A stretch of DNA of 64,000 nt from Eledone cirrhosa (lineage: Eukaryota). The notes under the pieces were generated by a model. The model did no database searches, was not told where the DNA came from, and saw only the letters and a program-made list of their open reading frames with translations. Location: contig OZ024741.1 of the NCBI GenBank assembly GCA_964016885.1, positions 98,022,001-98,086,000 of the forward strand, in the 5' to 3' direction. This document shows positions 40,060-52,637 of the stretch, in pieces (positions within the stretch are counted from its first letter, which is position 1; every line of letters begins with the position of its first letter). The translations under genes and the position numbers were made by a program.

Positions 40060-40600
40060 ATCTGCTATCAATTCCCTAACCAATATTCGCAAGCCCTAAT
40101 ATTCTCCACAGCTAAATGCCCTACAAAACTCTTATCCAGGTTTATCGTCTATATATTTTCACCATCGAATGCCCTCTTGTACCTCTATTATAGTAACCAT
40201 ACTCACTACTTCTGCGTTTTCCTTCCACCTTGCGCATTCACATTGCATTTCACCATAATTGTCCAGCCAACTATGTTGGCATCCCACATAATCAATCCCA
40301 CTTCAGTGCAATACATTTATTACATCGACGACTGTATCGGCACAAACGCAATTCCCCATCAACAGCTCATCTTTAATAACTTCCTTAAATTCTTCAACTC
40401 TACCATACAATTCTCTGCTACACTCACCACAACATCTATCAAATGACAACACATTCATGTTTCCATTAAAACACCTAACCTGTCAGTTACGAACTCAGTA
40501 ATTCGCGTGTCCTCCTCTATATCACTTCACGCCATTTCTCTCACATCAAATTGGCAATTCCCTACTCGATATATGTCTGTTTGTGCCTCCTATGTAATCG
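40060..40600 (+). pseudogene. Very old Penelope-like RT remnant
   Basis: YYIDDCIG...FNSTIQFS (RT motif C region) and downstream SRH...LAIPYS. Confidence 0.5.
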
Positions 40601-43107
40601 AAGCTTAGTTCCTGGTTAGCTTACATCATATGGTCACCAACATGGATACAGAATAACAGACCGAAATGCGAAAAGACGTACGACTATATGAACATTATTC
40701 CCATACCAATATGCGACTTAAACAGAAGCCAGGAATTGTACATATGCACGTGATACAGAGGACGATTTTTTTTTTATTATTAATTTACCTCATACATTTA
40801 AAAATAATTAGTTTGTTTCAAGTCAACAAAAAATCGCAGATCTTATTGCAAGTTATGGAAAGTTTTGTGGAGAATCTGATTTAGTTGATAACAAGTGTGA
40901 AGCTTAATTACTAAATAAGTCACCCAAAAAAGTGTATTTGCTGTATTTTCCTAATTCTTGTAGCCTGTTTATGAAAACAAATAAAATGTAAAATGTATGC
41001 AAACATTACCAAAACGCTTCCCTTAGATTACTGAGACAAAAGTCAAAGAACATATATAGTTAACGATAAGACAAAGAACCTGGCCCGAAATTAGTCGACT
41101 GTATAGAAGGGCTCAAATAATGCTAACCACATCACATTTAAAGACCAGAAACAAAATCCATTGCCAATTCTAAATATAGTATTATGTATCAGAGGAAAAG
41201 TGAACTGGTAATATTAATCAAACACATATTAGATTCTATTCATTAAAGAATTAGAACAGCAATATATTTAATGTAATGGAAGCGCTAACCTTATATGTTT
41301 CAACTGTATCGATGTTGACCCTAACAGCATGTTCTCCAGATCAATGTAATGGAGTTTACTCGTTGAATTCTAGAAATCTTCTCGGATAATTTTACCTCGC
41401 GAATAGCCACTCGTAGAGGTGGACGTTCTACAGCATCTTATACTCGTGTAAATATAGTGAGTCACGAAGAATAGCCATTAAGTCAGAAATAATTTAGAAA
41501 TGAGCTACCCACCTAAAAGTTCTTAGCTATGAACTGTATACCTCTTCGAGCAGCTGTGACACTATATTACACATTAAGTGAAACCACCCATTAGTTCAAA
41601 AATAAGAATTATTGAGGGTCATGATTAATATTTTTCTAATTTCATCTACCAATCTTAATGTTCACACTTCTTATCTACTCGCAGTCTGTATCGTTGTGTG
41701 TATATAGTTAACCGTGAGATTTAACATACTCATATTTAATGCAGTTATATACTTAGCTTGCTTACATGAACAAAGCCACGTGAATATGTGCTAAAACACA
41801 CATATATACACACAGACACATACATATATATATATACATACATACTCACATACACGCATATAAAAACTCTTACATACAAACTTGAGCGTACGTATACGTC
41901 AATAATTAATACATACATATAACAGTGACCGTATCTGCTCTGATATATTTCCAACTAATATACATGAATTGCTCTGTCATTAAGGTAATATTAGAAATAA
42001 AATAACAATACCATTAACCACCATGATTCCTTCAAGTTTTAAGATAATAATTAGTATATAGCATGATCACATTTTATAACAAAACACAGCGTGCTCTGGT
42101 TCCATGAAAATGCATAAATTTTCTTCAATAGAATGAAATTGCTAGTGAAAGTTTCCGCATCATGCAAACTATGTAATATATATGTAACAGCAACTGACTC
42201 AAGAAAGTTCTCTTGGCATAATGACATCGACGCCGCCGATGCCGTGATAAACTATTGACTGCATTTACTATTCAGAAAATCTTCTTCGAATTACTTACGT
42301 TTACAATTTAAAAGTTAATTTACGAACATCACAAGTTTAGGTCGTATGCTTTTTTCATAGAGCAGTACATCCGGGGTCGTGACATAAACTGTTGGGTGTT
42401 TTGGCAACACCAGTAATCGAAGCAGATCTATTCACTTAAAACTGGTTCAAATGACATACGTATGCGTATACATGTTCGTATATGTGTGGACGTGAGTATT
42501 AGATAACCATATGGATATGAACATAGAGGGTCTGCGAGAGTAAGAACAACAAAATGTTATAAAGGAAAAAGCGTATATATATGTATATAGAAAACATTTG
42601 CAAATTCGAACTCACAACAGGCATCCATTCAAACATAAAAAAAAGATAGCAGCATAAAGTCAGTATAATTGTATGTGTTAGTATGCATAAACCCGTGCAC
42701 AATCATATAAGAATCATATGAATACACATACACAGACACACATACACGCACACATATATAAATACATATATATATATATATGTATATATATACATACACG
42801 GATGCATACACACACACACACGCAGACATATATATATGTACACCCCCATATATATATATACATGCGTGTTTGTGTGTGCATATATATATTATATGTGTAT
42901 AAATTTATACATCCATATAAACACAGATATATTGTATTCATGCATGTAATTTTAAACCTAAAACTTTAAATTTAAGACTCATCAGCTTTCAGCTGCGTAC
43001 GAACATATGTACATTACTGTAGATTCTTGTCGAAGATACGCAAATGCATATATACATATACGCTTACATACATGCATGAATACATGTATGCATATATACG
43101 TAGGTAC

Positions 43108-43640
<533 letters not shown>

Positions 43641-45793
43641 CATGGCTTCTAGCGTATAATGTTCTAACACAGCTAAAAAAGCTGACGTGTTTTAAATTTA
43701 AAGTTTTACGATTACAATTACATACATATGCATGACTATATATTCTCACTTTTTGTATAAATGGCAAATGTTCAAACACATTCAATAACACACTAGATGC
43801 GTGTGTATGGCTGTGACATTTAAATTGCACTTGGCAATTACACGTATAAGGTTTCGAGTTCACGCCGCGCCAAATTGAGTAAGTGCTTTCTAGAATATCC
43901 TTGAGCTGCCAAATGATTTATGAATAAAAATAGTAGGCGCAACCCCTACGGAATCTCATCGTATATATATATATATATATATATATATGAACGTCAATCT
44001 CTCTGAGTGTCAAGTCAAGCTTGCATGCAGGTGTTTGTGTATATGTTAGTACAGTTTGTTAGTGAGTTTATTAGTGTATGTGTGTATGTTTGCGTGTTTA
44101 CTACTGCTTGCTCTAACGGCGACATTTGTTTATGTCCTGCATACACAGTATATTTCATAGTTTAACTTGCGGAGATCTGTACCGACGGAAGAATTCTACA
44201 TGGAAAAACTGTTGTCCATCATTCGCAAGCAGAGTAAAGCGGATGGAATAACGAATATATATATATATGTGGGGTGGGTATATGTGGGGCGTGTGTTTGA
44301 TGAATGTATGTATTGAAAATTACTTCGAAAATTATACCTTCATACAGTTCAATATGTCTTCCAGTACATCATCGGTGCGGCTTGCTCATTATATTATTGT
44401 TTTAGCCGATGATGTTCCGTTATAGAAAGAAGAAAATACGTTCAAATTAATAGCATGAAAAATATTTGTAATAATGAATTTTTTATCTACCTAAAACATT
44501 TGATGTTAGAGATCTACTGCCATCTGCAGCAGTGAGTTGAAATATAGATAGCGACTTTGCATCAGTAAGCATAATGTGTTGGATCGGAAGTCATGACGAA
44601 TTCGACAAAAAAACCTACTACTACACATTCAATTTTATTGGATATTTCGCTTGAGGCACATAAACCTGTATGCCATGTATAATTATACATATTTATACGT
44701 AATTGCTTCATTCAGCATAGGATTTTAATAACCACCTCCAACTAGAGATAAAGATTTGAAAAACATGACAAAAATATGGTTTCTCTTCTTGCTTGCCATG
44801 ACGATTTTATTATTTTTCCATGTATAGTGTACATAAATCTCCGTTATTCAATATTTCCTGAGTATTATTTTCAACAGATCTAGTGGATACTAATGAACCT
44901 TATAGAACGTATTTATGAAAAACACTGAGTTGTTTGTTACGCCACCGTTTGAAAAATCTATTTGAATATAGGGTTGATCGGACAGGTTAACCTAACATAT
45001 CCCATTCCTATTCAGGGAAAACAACCTTAGTGTATTAAGATAATAAAATAACCGGGCTTGACAGATGTTTGTGAATTGGCCGTGTCAGTCGAGAGGTGGT
45101 TAAAATGCCTTGCAGTATTTAAATACTCCTTTTTACTGCCGGAGACACACTATTAGATGATACTTCTAGACCACAATAGCACCTTGTAACCAGAAGCCGT
45201 TACAACATGTTCATATTTAGAAATATAAACCTAGAGGGAAAATCAAAAGAGAAAGCTGAAAGCTAATAACTTTGAAGAAAATATGATTTTAAAATTTGAA
45301 ATCCTAATGTTCGTTAACTTGGTTTTCATACTTCGAAGTTTTGTTAAATAGTACTACGGTATGATATAATCGAATATTGTGTCCACTTCATATACTCCTA
45401 CACATAAACATGAGACTATTATCGTATGTTTGAAATCAATTATATAATTTTCCCATTGATCAATGTATGAAGTTGTATACAGGCATCTTCGAAGTTACAG
45501 AAAATTGATTGATACGCCAGGGGCGGTGGAAGAATTTCTGAATTATGGGGGCCAAATTTGGTCAATTTATTTGTTGTCGAAAATAGTCAGAAAACATTGA
45601 TTTGCGATAGACATAACATGTACATACATTGTAGTGCATTTCTAAATAGATGCCCCCCCCCCCTAATGCAACACCCCCAGTTACATCAACTCTATATGTG
45701 CATATATTCAAAAACAGCTATCCTTTCCTAAGGAGTTAATGTATCGAGCTTCTACGCATTTGCTAAGAAACTGGTATTAGACCCAATTTATTC

Positions 45794-45870
<77 letters not shown>

Positions 45871-45955
45871 ATATATATATATGAGCGGAACAAGTAATCA
45901 TCAAACAATCTTTTAAATAAATTAAAAAACGATTTAAATATTCACCTGTTCTATT

Positions 45956-46035
45956 GCCGTTACCGACGGTTTCACTAATCAAAAGATTGGAAATTCAGAA
46001 AATTTCCAATGGAAAGAATTAGATCTTCAGACAGC
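45956..46035 (-). ncRNA. Type I hammerhead ribozyme with extended stem II, in a ~355-bp (TA)n-flanked element (45882-46237)
   Basis: Minus strand: gctgt-CUGAAGA-t ctaat...ttggaaatt ttctg aatttccaa...attag t-GAAA-ccg t cgg-UA-acggc. Confidence 0.75.
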
Positions 46036-46235
46036 TACTTCCGTACTATAAGGGTATAAAGCCTCATAGTAAGATAATATATCGCTTCCTGTCCGTTGCA
46101 TGGGGTCAGGCCGTTAAAGTGACCCACACACAAAAATAGGCCATAAGTAAAAACGGGATATTATAAACTTGTTGATCATGCCGCTAAAAATAGCAGCGCG
46201 ATACAACATTTTGTTCTCTACATATAGGAGAATAA

Positions 46236-46300
<65 letters not shown>

Positions 46301-46304
<4 letters not shown>

Positions 46305-46810
46305 ATTGGTGCCTCTGAAATAGCGATGTATACATGAAGATATGTATAGTATATTTGGCAATACATTGTATGCTTAAGTAAAAACATGTTCAAGACCTTG
46401 CGCTATTATATTAAAGTAGAGACTATGTCACTTAATTCTTTCTTCAACAAACAAAGGGAGATAAGCTGACAGATCTGTTTCACACTGTTGGTGATCATCA
46501 GAGCTTAGCACTCGCCGATGTTTGTTGAAAATTATAGATGCTGGATTCTTATAGAATTCCAGTAATAATCGGGAACTGATTATACAGAGCGATTGCCGGT
46601 CCAGCAAAGATTGGAAATTAGGATTGCTGCTCTTAAATAGCGATGTATACATGAATATATTTATAGTATATTTGGCAATATACTGTATGCTTAATTAAAA
46701 ACAATTTGAATACCTTGCGCTATTATTTTAAATTAGTGACTATGTCACTTACTTCTTTCTTCAACAAATAAAGGGAGATAAGCTGACAGATCTGTTTCAC
46801 ATTGTTGGTG
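46301..46810 (-). repeat. Partial tandem repeat with a ~318-bp unit (retrozyme-like or pLTR-like)
   Basis: 46301-46492 is repeated at 46619-46810; one end abuts (TA)n; the unit contains an HHR. Confidence 0.85.
46462..46507 (-). ncRNA. Minimal type I hammerhead ribozyme with palindromic stem III
   Basis: Minus strand: taagct-CUGAUGA-t cac caaca gtg t-GAAA-cagatctg-UC-agctta. Confidence 0.82.
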
Positions 46811-48175
46811 TTTGAGTTTTTATTCTTACCTCCATCTCAGGTCTTGAATCACCAACCACCCGCTTATTAGTTTTTTTAATTATGTCCACCCCATCCCATT
46901 TTTATTTACCCTCTCCCGGCTTATCACTTTTGCTAATCTATCTCCGGTGTAATTTTATTGATACAACAACTGCAGAATCTAATGATCATTTTATTTTACA
47001 TTAAAATAACATTATATAAGACAGAAAAAGATCATTACAAGAAATCTCATGTTTACGAACGTACACTATACAATTACCGATTTCCCAAGCCCCCGCCCCT
47101 TTAGTCCAACCCCTCCTGTTATTTGAGCCCCGAGAGTACCACCAAACTCTCTTCCTCTCTATGTCTACCACAGAAAACTCTCTTTTAATACCTTGCTCTA
47201 TATCAATTCCTACCAAACTTTACCCCCTCTATATCTAACATTGATGCACTCTCCGGCTCTCTATAAACATCTACACTTATCCCTCCCAATCCCCCTCTTT
47301 ATATCTAACATACAAGACACTTTCCAAATCTCCATCTATATATCAATAAACATCAATCTTGCCCCCGCCTCTCTATATGAACTACAACAAAAATCTCCCC
47401 CACTCTATATCTAATATACAACATTTTCTCTATATCAATAATACTACAATTACCCCCTCATTACCAACAAACTCACCTCCTCTCTATATCTACCATGCAA
47501 CACTCTCTTTCAATACCCCTCACTATATCAATTGCCACTATACTCTCCCTCTCTATATACCTACTACACTGTACTCTCTGTACCAATTACGTGATTAGTC
47601 GATAAAAAAGTGAAAGGTGAATATAAGACATTATCGAGAAGCATGATGTCCTAATGTTTATTAGAAAAAGAATATTTTAATCTTATTTCCGGTAGAGAGT
47701 ACTTACATTTGCAACAGAAATTTGTTGGAGCCTGGCTCTTGATATGATGTTTAATAACGTTGAGGCTTTTGAGTGGAATATGTGAAACATACAGATATCT
47801 ACGTCTTATCTGTTGCAAGCTATTAACGTTGATGAACGTCAACAAGCCATAAAACTTCGAAGTTTCAATTATATAGCTTTAGGTATGATTATAACTGGAC
47901 GACCTTATTCTTAGTGCCGAGGATTTGCACATATGCGTATATATTTGCGTATATGTGACGAGATGTCGAAAAAGAATCGAGCCCCCTCATCTTGATTGTA
48001 CCCTGAATTGATCGAGATGGAAACATTTGTAATATGCAAATACAGTTTGTATGTATATATTGCAACACTGACTTCGACACTTTTCAATCTATCTATCTAT
48101 TTATCTATCTATATATCTATATATATATATATATCTGTGTGTGAGTGTTATGTGTGTGTGTGGGGGGGGGGGGTA

Positions 48176-48371
48176 GACCCCGACGGCTGAGCTCCGACCG
48201 TTTCGACAGCTAGATCCGAACAGTTACGATCTAGCTGTCGAAACGGCCGGAGATCAGCCGTCGGAGTATTTAACTCTTTTCGCTATTACCCACTCTACTA
48301 CTCGAGTACTCGAGTATCGAGTACTATGGTGAGTTATACTCCACCTGATATCTTACCACACCTTCTTTGTT
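48176..48371 (-). mobile_element. Third hairpin-ended (TA)n-associated element; a truncated plus-strand copy follows at 48416-48496
   Basis: Hairpin 48176-48267 (ccgacggctga...tttcgacagctagatc / gatctagctgtcgaaa...tcagccgtcgg); shared terminus cttaccacaccttctttgtt. Confidence 0.75.
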
Positions 48372-48374
48372 ATA

Positions 48375-48417
<43 letters not shown>

Positions 48418-48515
48418 CGAAGGAGGTGTGGTAAAGAACCAGATGGACCATAACGCACCAGAGTACTCAATGCTTAGGGTAGTAGAGTGAGTAATATGAA
48501 TATGATATATATATA

Positions 48516-48578
<63 letters not shown>

Positions 48579-51500
48579 GAGGGTTTTTCTGCCATGCAGG
48601 TAACCTTTTCGTGGGGCAGAGAATATTCATAATATGAGTGCGTGTGTGTGCATCCGTATGTGGTTGAGAGAACAGAATACACAATACCAAAGAAGAATCT
48701 TAATATTCATTGTCTGATGACAGAGACAAACAGGCGAAACTCCAGCGTAACACTTAACCTTAATAAAAATGTGTGTATATATATACACATATATGCCGGA
48801 GAGGGTTGGGCTCCTCCAGGTTCAAAAGTGCCATGTATACACAGTCTGAAGGTGGTTCTACTACTCAACAAGGAGTTATGGGATCTTTATCCTCTTTATA
48901 TGGTGGCTGCAAACTCTGCTAAGAGTATTGCAATCGCTTGTCAGATTATAAAGTTTGGTGCACTTTTAGGCTACCGCCAGCCACGCGGGCCTGTAAAATA
49001 TCCTGAACAAGTAATGCCTGTGCTTTGAAGGTTTTTTTAAAGTGGGGAAAGGCCTTGCACTCGACCAATCCCACTCTCTAAGCATCGAAAACTCTACCCG
49101 AAAAGGAGAACTGGTCAACATCATTTGATGCTTCCGAAGCCGCAGGGTTTTTTTTTTGTCAGAGTTTCCCTCTCCTACAAAGTTGTTATATTTGCGTAAA
49201 AAATTGATGCGTTGGAACCAATTTACCAGCTATATAACAACCTACTTATCCACACATTATATAAAATGTTTACGCATTTATTTTGTTGCTCTGACAATAA
49301 ATATATGACACATATTGTGTCATACACCCCTAGAATTATCTCATATGCATAGATTATATATTATTCATGTTTTTTTAAAACAGACAATATGAAGAAAAGC
49401 TAGTGCGTTAGTACTAAATGTGTTGCACTATTTATTATTTAGCGTGGAAGCGTAGCTGTGTCATTCTGAAGTTCCATTCAAAATATGGGATTTTGCGTTC
49501 GATTCCAATCTTCGGCACTATCTGTAAGTGTGTTCTGTTATAATCATACCCAGAGCATTATAAGTGAAAGTTTGACCAATAAGTAAGCCCATAGAGCGTT
49601 CTATCATTGTTATGGCCTGATAACGGTAAACCGTCACCTTGTTTAGCAACACCTTTAACTCTGGATAATGTTATTGTATCAGCCACCGTCACCATCATTC
49701 GAACCAGGTCTCTGGTCTGAAGATATCATCATTTCATTTTACGAGTTTTAATAAAATTGAAAGTCGAATTGGTACCCAACGTCTCCCTAAACCGCTAAGA
49801 AATATTCTTTTACGTTATGAGGTCATATCCCACACAAGTCATCTACATAATTTATTCTTCTAGTGACAGCGAACAAAATACCAGAAACAGACTGGAGTCA
49901 ATTGAAGTCATTTTATACTTTTATATAAAAAATGTATGCGCCATTGTAGATGTTTTTTTTCTTCATTTCTTCAGTTATGTTTAACCCTTATGGCGAACGT
50001 GCTGGATCATAGCTTACGATGTAAGATGTCATTTCTTATAAGATTGTTATATACTGCCCGGTTGTTTTCTTCAACAGATTCTGTTAAATGTCGGTTTTAA
50101 GTAATAGATATGCCATTAAGACAAACGTATGGCAATGTTTTGTTTATGTTTGAAGCAAAGAACAAGTTGATGTGTTTATAAAAATAAGTTGTTAATTAAC
50201 TCAACAGTAACTTTAGACAATATTCCAGCTGTATTTCAAATCAGTTAGGGCAGAAAAAATCATGTTAGAATGAGGTATGGCACTTACAACCCCAAATAAA
50301 TTCGGTTAGAGATTTACTTATGCCTCATCTTACATCAACCATCACTTTCCCTTTCCTCACAAGAGACCCAATACGTTTCGCTATAGTCGCCAACACAGGA
50401 ACCTCTATACATTCGTTTGACCTAGGAATAGCTCTGAATTATCCCACAATGCTCACACTATATTTATGAAATATGAAAGCAATCTTTGTCAATGTACGAA
50501 ACATTGTACCTGTGTTTCTAAATAGATGATATTACTGTATCTATGCCGATGTTTCTATAAAGATATTTTGCTCCTATAAAGATATTATGTAGAGATACGA
50601 TTAGTTTATTTATTTTTTGTTTTTTTTGTCTTCTGTTTTTCATCTATATAGTTTTACTTGTCGTTTAAAATATCAGTCCGCTAAATATTTCAAACTGAAA
50701 CCACGCTGAAGATATTTTTAACGATATAATGTCTACATATCACAAAAATGTATTTTTAACAATACAATTTCTACATTATTCAACCTGATATTCGTCTGAA
50801 GGCAGACCTGCTGTATATCTCAAACTGATATCTTACTGAACTTTAAAGACAGAAGTGTAATTTCTTCTAAACTGGTGAGATCAATGCTGTTGCTACTCAG
50901 ATTGTATTGTAAGTCCACGTCTGCAGGAAATTAAAAAAAACATTGATCGAGACGGAATTCTAAGGTTTACAAGTCGGGGTAGGAATAACTGGGCAAAGTG
51001 TTTAATGCAAAACATAAAGAGCCAGTGAAAGATTATAATAGTAATTAGAAAATCAGATACATAGATGACCGGGGATTAAGTGGAATGGCTAGGACAAATA
51101 ATCAGTGTGGTTAGTAGTATCTATATGATACAGAACATTTGTGAGCTAGTGTTGCAGAGCTTCAGATTGTAAATATGTGCCTATTATTCTGAAGAGAAAA
51201 TGAGTTATATTATTAAATTATATTCTATTTTCTTCAGCGTTTAATCAACACTGACAACGTTTGTAATTCTTCAATACTTCATGAGATAAGATAGTAATCG
51301 TTTTGAAATGACATAAAAGAGCCTCCGGGGATAAAATTAAAAGTTTTAAAATATCTTGATTCCTGAATTTTCTCTGTTGCATCCTGAATTGAAAAATACA
51401 AGAAATAAGTTTCACGTCACAAGTTCATTCAGAAACTCTCAGTTGATTTGAACACGACCATTGACATTTGACACACGGACCATTGTGCTCAGGAAATATT

Positions 51501-52637
51501 TATTACGACATTAAATAATATCTGCCAAATGGCTTTGGTTTGAACCTTTTGTAAACTGTTCAAGTATACAGATGGTGCACTGTACTATCTTGCAAATATG
51601 TCTTTACCGGAGCTAAACTCTCCAACGAAAGCTTCATTTACTTATTCACATGGTATTGAGGTATATTGGAAAATGTCTCAGAACCTACGTTATTTAGTGC
51701 ACCATATCTATGTTTGTCTTTAACGTTTTTATTTGTTTGCTGTTACATTATTTAGTAATCACATATAAACTGTCTAAAGTAGATAATTTCCCGTGGAAAA
51801 AGAATTTGGCTTTTGCTATAAACAGAAAACTTTTTTCTTAAGATTTTCTCTGATTATGTCTGTCAATTTGCCATAGACTTGTTGTTATCTATAAAATTCA
51901 CCTCCAGACAATGAGTGCAACGCATTCAAAATATTTCAACTTTTACATAAAGTCTAAGTGACACTGGCACACGTGTTACAAATATGTGAACTCCACTTCT
52001 GCTTCAGTCGAAAACAAAACATTTATAATTCTTTAAGATGCATTAGTCAAGCTATAACTTTGAAGTAACACTTCATGAGTTGGGAGGAATTCATCAGAAT
52101 GTGCACACAAACTGTGAGAGAGGGATTTAAAATCAAAGGTCTAGACTATTATTGGTGGCGTACTAAGATGTAACCCCCATATTGCTACACTTTCAATCAC
52201 ACTTGAATTGATGGTTTACACATGTACACATACACAAATACACACGTATACATGGCAACACAAACACTCTCACATAACACACTCACACACACACACACAC
52301 ATATATACATATATATATATAATAATAATAATAATAATGATAATAATAATAATAATAATGATTTATTATTAACCACAAGGGTTTACATAAAGTAGACATT
52401 AAGGACAGTGCAGGACAATACAGGACGGTACAAATGGGCATTAGTGCGTGTAAAAAACAAAAACAGAGGATGTAACAAAAAATAACAATGAAAAATTCCC
52501 CAATAGGGGGGAGACTTCGGAGGGACATTTGTGGAGAAAGCCCAGTAAAAGGCCACAATGACCCTGACCACCAAGGCAAGTGCCCTCGCCCAGTTTTCCA
52601 CCTTTAATTTACAGATATATACTCAGAGTAGGCCCAT

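Noticed and set aside
50650-50925. Possible minus-strand host exon after a strong acceptor (tttttttaatttcctgcag); similar exon-like stretches at ~3070-3430, 4300-4475 and 47700-47850
   Set aside because: In-frame stops, no recognisable protein motifs and no consistent gene model without RNA-seq or homology
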